Both the position numbers and the translations under genes were made by a program. Positions 29,568-38,058 of a stretch of DNA of 64,000 bases are shown in pieces. This DNA is from a virus (lineage: Duplodnaviria; Caudoviricetes). The stretch lies in the IMG/VR virus record IMGVR_UViG_3300037400_002553, positions 10,204-74,203 of that record; one strand, written 5' to 3'. Under the pieces are notes generated by a model, which saw nothing but the letters and a program-made list of their open reading frames with translations, did not search any database and was not told where the DNA came from. Numbering within the stretch: position 1 is the first letter of the stretch; every line of letters starts with the position of its first letter.

Positions 29568-31775
29568 TTATGATTGAGAAGGTAGTGTTATTTCAGCAAA
29601 TACACCAATATGTTCCATAATTGACACCTCGAATATTTTCCCACTTGTTCCACCGTCAAATACTGGTACTATTCCAGCATTCCAATTAATAGGATAAGAC
29701 ATGTCGAAGTCAATTGTTAGTGTATCACCAGGTGCTATATTGATTAAGAAGTGGTATTCTTGTACGTTTGTACTTCCAGAATCATAGATAAATGATAATG
29801 TCACATTATCAACTCCTTCTTCTAATACGTATAGTGTGTTTGCACTAATTAATGTCATTCCACTAGTAATACCAGAATCAATTATCACTATTGGTGTTTC
29901 ACCTAAATTATTGATTACTTCTTGTACTGTGCTTGCAGATGTTATATTTGAGCCATTGTAATCACCTATACCGTTAACATATAAGTCTCCGTTGTTCATC
30001 ACTTCAATGGCATTCTTTCTATCATAAATAGAGGTACCTATACCGATTGAATCAATAGTTAATCCACTATGTGTTTCATTATATATACCACTTGCGCGTT
30101 CATAATTATTGCTTGTCTTTGTCCCGTATCCCTCTGAGTGGGAAGCGATTCCAATGGCGGTAGTTGCCTGTCCTTCAGCATGTGAAGATGCACTTACAGC
30201 AACATTACTCCTTGTTACGACTCCACAACCACCACCATATGCTGTATCAGTTTTAAGTGTGTCTGGTGGATAAACATTTACAATCTCACTATAGAATAAT
30301 GGGTTAATTGTAAAAACATATGTATATTTTGTAACTCCACTAACTTCTTCTTGTGTTTTTATTGTTTCTGATATTGGTAACACTCTCCTAAAATCAGCCA
30401 CATCAGTTAAATAAATAACCCTGATTTCATTTATATCAACATCCGTTATAGTTGTAACTGTTACCGTGTGTGCCGTATCATCATGAGAATAATTTTCCCA
30501 ATCATAAAACTGTATAGAATTATAATTTCCGCCCTCTGAGTGTGAAAAATTACCAATCGCAATATTTTCGCTTCCCTCTGCATGTGAACTATTACCATAC
30601 GCACAAGTATTATGTCCTTCACCATGCGCTGCTTGATTTACTGCAACGCCTTGTTGCCCTTCTGCCTGGGAGTTTTGCCCTAATGCCTGAGAACCAGACC
30701 CAGTGGCAGTAGATGCCGTTCCCATTGCCTTAGTATTACAACCTCTTGCATTTGCCCAAAAATTAGATGCTTCAGTACCCTCTCCTTCGGCATGAGAATA
30801 ATGCCCAGAAGCAATTGTATTATATCCTTCGGCGTGTGAATAAGAGCCAGAAGCAGTTGTCCCGTTTCCTTCTGCGTGAGAATCTCCCCCAGATGCCGTT
30901 GTCCCGTTTCCTTCAGCATGAGAGGCAGTATTAGAAGCGGTCGTACCATTTCCTTCAGCGTGTGAATAAGAGCCAGAAGCAGTTGTTCTATTACCTTCTG
31001 CATGTGCCCCGAAATGTCCAGATGCCGTTGTAAGATTTCCCTCTGAGTGTGAATATTGCCCAGATGCCTTTGTTTGATATCCTTCAGAATGGGCTGCAGA
31101 GAGTAAAGCACCAGTTTCCTCGACTAAATCTACCGTCGTAAAAGTAGTTGTCGCAGTAATTGGTATTTCAGTATCGAACCTGACATCATAACCAGAAGTA
31201 CTAATATTAATTACATTGGCATAAGCAGTAAAACTACTTAATAATTTTTTGAATCTAACAGTGTTTCCTAAAGCCAATTTACCAATCATTGATTCGGAGA
31301 ATATAGCGATGTCTCTATTCTCTATATTAACGGTACATTTGGGCAAACTCACTACATTTCTGTACCCGCCAACTCCTTCTGCGTGTGCAGAAGCGCCATC
31401 GGCCAATGTTCCGCTACCCTCAGCATGAGAAGAAGCACCATTGGCCACAGTATCAGTTCCTTCTGCGTGGGCAGAAGATGCACTAGCAACCGTATTACGA
31501 CCCTCGGCAAATGAATTAGCCCCAGTTGCGGTATTATTTCCAACAACAGCAAAACTTGTTGCGCCAGTATCAAAGATATAACCCTCAGCCGATATAGTAT
31601 TAGACGAATCTATTGAAATATTTGTTCCAGGTATCAACGTGTCCTGTTTATTCCCTATTTCAGAATTAATCTTTTCAGAACTCCATGTTGAACCTGTGTC
31701 TATTACACCATCATTAATTAAATAAGAGACCTTAACACGTCTTACATAATTGTCATATTGATTTACATTACTCAT
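29568..31775 (-). CDS. Tail fibre with YadA/Hep_Hag-like head repeats
   Basis: Many 14-aa S/AHAEGxxTxASG repeats; C-terminal adaptor-like domain. Confidence 0.8.
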   Translation of the reverse strand: MSNVNQYDNYVRRVKVSYLINDGVIDTGSTWSSEKINSEIGNKQDTLIPGTNISIDSSNTISAEGYIFDTGATSFAVVGNNTATGANSFAEGRNTVASASSAHAEGTDTVANGASSHAEGSGTLADGASAHAEGVGGYRNVVSLPKCTVNIENRDIAIFSESMIGKLALGNTVRFKKLLSSFTAYANVINISTSGYDVRFDTEIPITATTTFTTVDLVEETGALLSAAHSEGYQTKASGQYSHSEGNLTTASGHFGAHAEGNRTTASGSYSHAEGNGTTASNTASHAEGNGTTASGGDSHAEGNGTTASGSYSHAEGYNTIASGHYSHAEGEGTEASNFWANARGCNTKAMGTASTATGSGSQALGQNSQAEGQQGVAVNQAAHGEGHNTCAYGNSSHAEGSENIAIGNFSHSEGGNYNSIQFYDWENYSHDDTAHTVTVTTITDVDINEIRVIYLTDVADFRRVLPISETIKTQEEVSGVTKYTYVFTINPLFYSEIVNVYPPDTLKTDTAYGGGCGVVTRSNVAVSASSHAEGQATTAIGIASHSEGYGTKTSNNYERASGIYNETHSGLTIDSIGIGTSIYDRKNAIEVMNNGDLYVNGIGDYNGSNITSASTVQEVINNLGETPIVIIDSGITSGMTLISANTLYVLEEGVDNVTLSFIYDSGSTNVQEYHFLINIAPGDTLTIDFDMSYPINWNAGIVPVFDGGTSGKIFEVSIMEHIGVFAEITLPSQS

Positions 31776-31819
31776 ATTATATAAAATAGAACATTGTTTT
31801 TTTTTCTTATATTTTTTTA

Positions 31820-33556
31820 TTATTCTATCACAGCGTCTTCTACAGTCCAGTTATCTGGGATACCGTTCTTGTCTCTTGTCCAACTTGTTGCATCTTGGTG
31901 TTTAACAAATGTGCCACTACTTGCCACACCATTCACCCAATTAATAGTACTATTATTTTGATTTATGCCATTAACAGCAAGACATTTAATATAATTTAAA
32001 CTACTACAACCATTGAACATATCACCATAACAACTACTTGCCAATGTAGTTGCTGGTAATTCTGGCGCGGTTGTTAATCTACTACAACTAGAGAACATAG
32101 CAGCATAACACCATTCTGCTAATGTAGTAGCGGGCAACTCAGGTACATCTGTTAAACTTGTGCAACCTTTGAACATACTAGTATAACAATAATTAGCCAA
32201 TGTTGTTGCTGGTAACTCTGGAGCCGTCGTTAAACTTGTGCAACCTTGGAACATATAGTTATAGCACGCTTCAGACAATTCAGTTGCTGGTAATACTATC
32301 CTTTTTTCTTCTGTCATAAATATAGGCGTTGCGGCAAATAATGAATCAAAAATACCATCTTGCCCATTTGCAAACACTGTTAAATCATATAATTTTGAAA
32401 AATCATCCATTCCAAGAAGCGACATAATATTACCATATACTAAACATGGTTTATCAATTCTAAATGAATTTGTTGCATATGCGTCATTATATCCAGAGAT
32501 ACCGTTATTTCTAAAACTATCCGATTTAAACCTTATTTTATCGCCTGAGTTTATTGTTATGATATCTGGCGTATCATCGTCTACGTCTTTAAATGTTATT
32601 TCTCCCCAAACGCCATTATTGATTGAATAATAAATTGTGGCATTGATAGGGTCAACATCCCAATCTGCACCTTCTGAGTATATAAATGTAATATTTGTGT
32701 CATCATTTAATGCTTCGAATGTTAAGTATTCTTTCCTCATATCCTTTGGTATCTCATGATTCTCAATTCCACTAATAAAATCAGCCGTTTTAAATACAAC
32801 CAATTCTCCATCATCGTTCATTGATATATCACATTCTGAGATTGGAAAATCTATATAACTATTTACACAAGTAGGTTTAAATATATTTGTATTACAATCT
32901 TTTCCTGTTACTCTAATTTTATTAATTGTTTGTTTACCCGTTTCAGAATTTACACAAGGTAAAATTTTGTTATTATATACGCCATTAACATAACCATTTA
33001 ATGAATAATCTTCTCCATTATTACCAAATGTATATTCGCCGTCTTTTTGTAATATATTTTTAAAATCAAAAGGCGCTTCGTTATTATAGTCATCTTTCAT
33101 GTAATATATTATGCCTTTACTGTTTTCAGTATCAGCGAACTCAAATCTCCTATCGCCATTATCGAGACTATATTTAATTTCCCATACATTGATATTGCAT
33201 TCATCAAAATACCCGTCACTATTACTGTTTAAACATACAAAGCCATTTTCATTTAAACTATTCGTTGTATTAGCAAACAAAATTAAGTCAAATGGATGCT
33301 CGGCAGAACTAATACTTTCATCCTCACTATATACCTTTGTTACATAGTCAGTCATCCTATATAACATACCAGGTTTTAATTTACCATTATCTCTTAAAGA
33401 AACCAATTCATTATATGTAACATTAGTCATTAAATCAGTTGTAATACCAGTTAATGCATCTGCCACATATTGTTTAATCCATTTCTTTGCATCCTCTATA
33501 TTGGTTTTTAAGCCATAATAGTTTAATATTTCATATGTTTTATCTGTATCTGCCAT
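31820..33556 (-). CDS. Tail-fibre-associated protein with C-terminal PELPATTLA (LRR-like) repeats
   Basis: Four CYxxMFxxC..L..xPELPATTLA-type units; N-terminal fibre-type motif LNYYGLK. Confidence 0.7.
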   Translation of the reverse strand: MADTDKTYEILNYYGLKTNIEDAKKWIKQYVADALTGITTDLMTNVTYNELVSLRDNGKLKPGMLYRMTDYVTKVYSEDESISSAEHPFDLILFANTTNSLNENGFVCLNSNSDGYFDECNINVWEIKYSLDNGDRRFEFADTENSKGIIYYMKDDYNNEAPFDFKNILQKDGEYTFGNNGEDYSLNGYVNGVYNNKILPCVNSETGKQTINKIRVTGKDCNTNIFKPTCVNSYIDFPISECDISMNDDGELVVFKTADFISGIENHEIPKDMRKEYLTFEALNDDTNITFIYSEGADWDVDPINATIYYSINNGVWGEITFKDVDDDTPDIITINSGDKIRFKSDSFRNNGISGYNDAYATNSFRIDKPCLVYGNIMSLLGMDDFSKLYDLTVFANGQDGIFDSLFAATPIFMTEEKRIVLPATELSEACYNYMFQGCTSLTTAPELPATTLANYCYTSMFKGCTSLTDVPELPATTLAEWCYAAMFSSCSRLTTAPELPATTLASSCYGDMFNGCSSLNYIKCLAVNGINQNNSTINWVNGVASSGTFVKHQDATSWTRDKNGIPDNWTVEDAVIE

Positions 33557-33671
33557 AATAATCTGTATTATAGATTGTTTTAATTAAATTTGTATCGTTT
33601 TACTATACTAATAAAATAGTACATTTTCATTAGTTTTGGGCTATTTTCACTTATACTGAAAACGAACCGTT

Positions 33672-33962
33672 TTATATATACATAATACCATTTTTTATTC
33701 CTTCATCAGTTAACTCAATGTAAGCAACATTATTACTAATTTCATCTGCACTGTATATAATACCATTTTTAATATATACGTCACCTCCACCGAACCACAA
33801 TTCATGTATTTCATCATCAGTAATAAATGTGTACCCGTCTTTGACGAGGTACATTGCTTCAGGGTCATAGCTGTAGCCACCAACGGTGCCACCGTTGATT
33901 AATATCTCGTAATTCTCACGAGAGATTTTTATGATTGTTTCTAATTTTCCTATATTTGCCAT
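33672..33962 (-). CDS. Small tail-fibre-associated hypothetical protein
   Basis: ISRENYEIL...DPEAMYLV...ITDDEIHEL motifs. Confidence 0.55.
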   Translation of the reverse strand: MANIGKLETIIKISRENYEILINGGTVGGYSYDPEAMYLVKDGYTFITDDEIHELWFGGGDVYIKNGIIYSADEISNNVAYIELTDEGIKNGIMYI

Positions 33963-34095
33963 TTTTTATTAAAAAATTTACTATATAATGGTATTTTTTT
34001 TGTTATTTGGATGTATTTATATAACAGAGAGCAACTTCGATGACTCCTTTGATTGGTACCTGTGGTACGTGAGGATGTTGGGTCTGCTCTCTTTT

Positions 34096-34848
34096 TTAAT
34101 ATATTCTATAATACGTTATCCAGTTCTTCTTATCAGTACTATTAATATTGTTTTTCATCGCCCTATATTTATAATGATAAATACTTTTACGGCGAGGGCA
34201 TCTAGATACTATTGGTATTATAGTTATTGTATTTCTTAATCCACAACCCCTATTATTTGTCTTTATTTTGTTTAGAAACGAGTGAGACAAATTATTTTTA
34301 GACGATAAACCAATAAGTTTTACTAAATGTTTTTTATTACGCATTATTTTTTTACCACGCTCAACATAACTCCAAAAAGTCTCCTTATACGAACGTTGAT
34401 GTTGTTTTTTATAACGTCTAGTTCTGGATATTACATTATATGAGTCAATAGTTAATTTTCTAATACATATAATATTACCGTCTCGGATAATAAAATTTTG
34501 TGAGGTTGTGTTTGCATTTAAATTTCTTGCCTTTCTGACAAATTGTTTTACATATTCTACATCATTCATTTTAGAAAAATCTAAATTCTCTGGCACTGTA
34601 AATATACATGCGATACCCCACACCATTTCATTTTCGTTAATAGGATACGGTTTGACATATGAATAACCAACATCGTGTTCTTCATCTTTATATTTCACCA
34701 TGCCATCTTGAAAATAATACTGCATTCCAGGCACAGAATTAGGCCTTATTACTCTACCAAACACAACTGTAGGCATATCACCAATTGGTAATATGTTATA
34801 TAACTTATCATCTTGCCTATTATGTACTCTACTTACAAATTGTCCCAT
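34096..34848 (-). CDS. Hypothetical protein, paralog 1 (basic C-terminus)
   Basis: N-terminal ~120 aa paralogous to 35088..35864. Confidence 0.7.
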   Translation of the reverse strand: MGQFVSRVHNRQDDKLYNILPIGDMPTVVFGRVIRPNSVPGMQYYFQDGMVKYKDEEHDVGYSYVKPYPINENEMVWGIACIFTVPENLDFSKMNDVEYVKQFVRKARNLNANTTSQNFIIRDGNIICIRKLTIDSYNVISRTRRYKKQHQRSYKETFWSYVERGKKIMRNKKHLVKLIGLSSKNNLSHSFLNKIKTNNRGCGLRNTITIIPIVSRCPRRKSIYHYKYRAMKNNINSTDKKNWITYYRIY

Positions 34849-34920
34849 ATCTTTTACTATATAATATTTCTATATATAATAAATACTTTCTACGCAGAAA
34901 AACAAACACATATTAACAAC

Positions 34921-34949
34921 AAAAATAACCGCCAAGAAATTGACGGCTA
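34921..34949 (-). terminator. Rho-independent terminator
   Basis: Minus strand TAGCCGTCAA-TTTC-TTGGCGGTTA followed by TTTTT. Confidence 0.7.
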
Positions 34950-35016
34950 TAAAAATATTTTTAGAAAAAAATTACTTTTTCTTGCATTTTTTTAATATAT
35001 GGTAGTATTTATATAT

Positions 35017-35089
35017 GGCGAACGACATTCATAAAACCTTATTCCAATGACTTTTGTCTCGGTGGTATTTGAAGCTGTTCGTTTTTTTT
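35017..35089 (+). ncRNA. Candidate structured small RNA (or 11-aa micro-ORF MANDIHKTLFQ)
   Basis: TTGCAT (34982) and GTATTTAT (35005) upstream; GGCGAAC/GTTCGTT closing stem; inner GAC-TTTT-GTC hairpin; T8 tail. Confidence 0.3.
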
Positions 35090-35864
35090 ATACCTCTTTC
35101 AGTTTCCATCCGCCTACTATACCTTCTTCGAAGTTGTACCATTTAGCGGTTCGTATAAATTCATGCCTTTCTCCTGTTGTGTTATATTTAACTCGTTGAA
35201 GTCCAGAATTCTCGTATTTGACTTTATATTTTACTCTTCCAACTGGTATTAATGTGAATTTATTTGGCTTATTTTTTGTTTGCCCTAATAAGGGGTTTTC
35301 AATATGTCCATCATGCCCATTTAAAAAATCAGAAAAACGCTCACCTTCAGACATTGAAACCTCTCCGCAAACACTATTTACTTTTCTATATACTGGCTCA
35401 TCGTTATATATTTTTTTCCTCCTTTTACAAGTAACTACAACATATTTTCCTGGTGCATCTAATGGTTTAATACATTTAATATGACCATTCTCAATAACAT
35501 AATATGGAGAAGTTGTTTTAGCATTTAAATTTTGTGCTTTTCTACAAAATTGCTTAACATATTCCACATCAGATAACTTGGAATAATCAAAATTATCAGG
35601 TATTGTAAATATACAAGGAGTACCCCATTTATCCTCACCTAATTCCTGTTCTTCAACCGCATAAGGTGTAACGTGTTCAAAAGTTTTGGAACTTCCTTCT
35701 ACATGCCATTTAACCCATCCATCTGGAAAATAATATTGCATTCCAGGAACGCTATTTTCTCTAATTACTCTACCGAATACAACTGTCGGCATATCTCCAA
35801 GAGGTAATATATTATACACTTTACCATCTTCTTTACTATGAACTCTACTAGCGAAATTTCCCAT
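35088..35864 (-). CDS. Hypothetical protein, paralog 2
   Basis: MGNFASRVH...YNILPLGDMPTVVFGRVIRENSVPGMQYYF. Confidence 0.7.
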   Translation of the reverse strand: MGNFASRVHSKEDGKVYNILPLGDMPTVVFGRVIRENSVPGMQYYFPDGWVKWHVEGSSKTFEHVTPYAVEEQELGEDKWGTPCIFTIPDNFDYSKLSDVEYVKQFCRKAQNLNAKTTSPYYVIENGHIKCIKPLDAPGKYVVVTCKRRKKIYNDEPVYRKVNSVCGEVSMSEGERFSDFLNGHDGHIENPLLGQTKNKPNKFTLIPVGRVKYKVKYENSGLQRVKYNTTGERHEFIRTAKWYNFEEGIVGGWKLKEV

Positions 35865-35872
35865 AATATTAA

Positions 35873-36307
35873 TTAATATTTTTTGTTTTCTTTATATTTT
35901 TTATAGGCATTATCTCTTTGTTCTTTTGTTAAAAAGAATCCATTGTTATTGATATATGCTTCGTATATTATTTTCTCATATACATGTCTATCATCCATAT
36001 TTTTAAATGATTCATCGAATAATTTCAAATCATCTATGGTGATATTCATATGTTTACATAATTCTGGTACCAGGAATTTACCTGCAGCCATTGGTGTTTT
36101 CTTACAATGCTCTAATTCATAATCTATGAATTTCTTTTTAGGCATTGTTTTATAGAAGAATATATCTGTTCCTTTACCTCTTGCATTCATGAATAGTTTA
36201 TATAATTTAGGTTCATCCTGAAATTCAATATAATCCTTATCATGCGAGGTATAATCATTATATTCCTTAAAAAATACCTGACTTCCTATTTCTATTCGTT
36301 TATTCAT
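35873..36307 (-). CDS. Putative minimal Pol-beta-superfamily nucleotidyltransferase
   Basis: IEIGSQVFF...SHDKDY fits a GS...DxD signature. Confidence 0.4.
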   Translation of the reverse strand: MNKRIEIGSQVFFKEYNDYTSHDKDYIEFQDEPKLYKLFMNARGKGTDIFFYKTMPKKKFIDYELEHCKKTPMAAGKFLVPELCKHMNITIDDLKLFDESFKNMDDRHVYEKIIYEAYINNNGFFLTKEQRDNAYKKYKENKKY

Positions 36308-36384
36308 AATGTTATTTAATTATTATAATTGTTTTGTATGAATACCATCCGACATAATCTCTCAAGATTGTTCTTACATTTATA

Positions 36385-38058
36385 TTAATTTTGCTCCTCG
36401 GTATATATCATTTCTAATGGTGTTGGATTGTATACAACATTTGGGAAATATTCAATTCTATCAAATGGCATTTTACTTGGTGCCTCTGAATAGTCAAGAT
36501 TTTCATCCCAATTAAACCATGTTACAAATTCTGGCGAATCCATTGTAAAAGGTAACGACGAAATCCAAAGTGTATTTGTTAAAATTTTTTGTTGAGCCAA
36601 GTCATCATCTACAGTTGCTTTTACTTTATTACAATATCTGTACCACACGAAACATCTTTGACCATTGTATTCGACTGTTTCTCCATCATATTGTAAATAA
36701 TCTCCTTTACCATCTTCAATAAAGCCAGATTCAAGGTCATAATTGTACATTCTAACTCCAACATTAGCCATTTTAACTTTTCTCTCGCCATTATCATACT
36801 CATTAACTTGAGCAATACAAATATGGGCTGGCATTATATAATCCTTTTTATCCTCTCCACTGTCAATCGCTATGAGATATGCAATCTCTGGTGAATCTTC
36901 TGTTAATGGTAAATCTGGTTCTAAAGTTGTTGTTAATAAGAGCAAATGGCTATTAACGAAAAATTCCTCAAAACTACCTCCATTATATTCTTCATATGGT
37001 CTCCAAAGATAATATGTTTCACCTTCAAATTCATATGTTTCATCATTCTCATTAATGAATGCTTCTTTTAATGTTAATGGGTATGAATTTGTTGATTCAT
37101 ATGTATAACTACTATGCTCACTGCTATCAATAACAAGGTATCTTTTAATAATTTTATTATCTTCATAAACTCTATCAGGGAAGTACTCTATTCTATCGAA
37201 TGGTAAATCAACTGGGTCTGGATAACCGTCATCATAACTTATGCATGTTACAAATTCTGGTGAGTCTTTTGTAAATGGGAGGCTATGTATCCATAGTGTG
37301 TTAGTGTAAATTTGTTGTAAATTATACCAACCGTTATCTTTTCCTTCCTCGGTACATAATTCATCCGTATCATATCTATTCCACACAAAGCATCTTTGCC
37401 CTTCATAATCAACTGTTTCTCCATCGTATTGGAAATAATCCCATATATAATCATCCCCGCTATAATCAATTAGGCCATAATTAGTTTCATAAGCATACAT
37501 TCTAACTCCGACATTAGCCATCCTGGTTTCTTGCTCTCCAGTATTATATTCTATACATTCAGATAAGAAAATATACTTACCATCAGTATAAGTTGTTATA
37601 TTATCAACTTCGCCAGTTCCATTTGTTATAATAATTATATAACCAAATTCGCTTGAATCCATTGTAAAAGGTAATGAAACATCTAAATTGCTTGTTAATA
37701 AATAGACATATGAGTCTTGCCTGTTATTAAACGGTTCAGGATTTGTACTTTCATTGTACTGTGCATACCCCTTCCATACATAATACGTGTTTCCTTCAAA
37801 CTCCATTGTTTCATCATTTTCATTGACAAATGATTCTAACAGAGACAATGGATATTTATTAGTTTTTTCTATTAAGTAATTACTATGTTCACTACTATCC
37901 CTCACCAAATATCTCTTGACAATTTTCTTTTCTGGCGGCTCAGGTTCTACCCATTTAGCAGGATAGGCAGGAAAATATCTTTCCCCGCCCATATAGATTG
38001 CCCATTCATGGTTATCTATTTTCGTGTTATAATATTTCGGTATTAAAATTTCACTCAT
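36385..38058 (-). CDS. Acidic virion-type protein with an internal duplication
   Basis: Two ~250-aa units, each starting KI.KRYLV.DSSEHS and containing MANVGVRMY and QYDGETV.Y.GQRCFVW.RY. Confidence 0.75.
   Translation of the reverse strand: MSEILIPKYYNTKIDNHEWAIYMGGERYFPAYPAKWVEPEPPEKKIVKRYLVRDSSEHSNYLIEKTNKYPLSLLESFVNENDETMEFEGNTYYVWKGYAQYNESTNPEPFNNRQDSYVYLLTSNLDVSLPFTMDSSEFGYIIIITNGTGEVDNITTYTDGKYIFLSECIEYNTGEQETRMANVGVRMYAYETNYGLIDYSGDDYIWDYFQYDGETVDYEGQRCFVWNRYDTDELCTEEGKDNGWYNLQQIYTNTLWIHSLPFTKDSPEFVTCISYDDGYPDPVDLPFDRIEYFPDRVYEDNKIIKRYLVIDSSEHSSYTYESTNSYPLTLKEAFINENDETYEFEGETYYLWRPYEEYNGGSFEEFFVNSHLLLLTTTLEPDLPLTEDSPEIAYLIAIDSGEDKKDYIMPAHICIAQVNEYDNGERKVKMANVGVRMYNYDLESGFIEDGKGDYLQYDGETVEYNGQRCFVWYRYCNKVKATVDDDLAQQKILTNTLWISSLPFTMDSPEFVTWFNWDENLDYSEAPSKMPFDRIEYFPNVVYNPTPLEMIYTEEQN

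Noticed and set aside
30560-31560. 42-bp periodic DNA repeats as a non-coding array
   Set aside because: They are degenerate at third positions and encode the 14-aa YadA-like repeats in frame.
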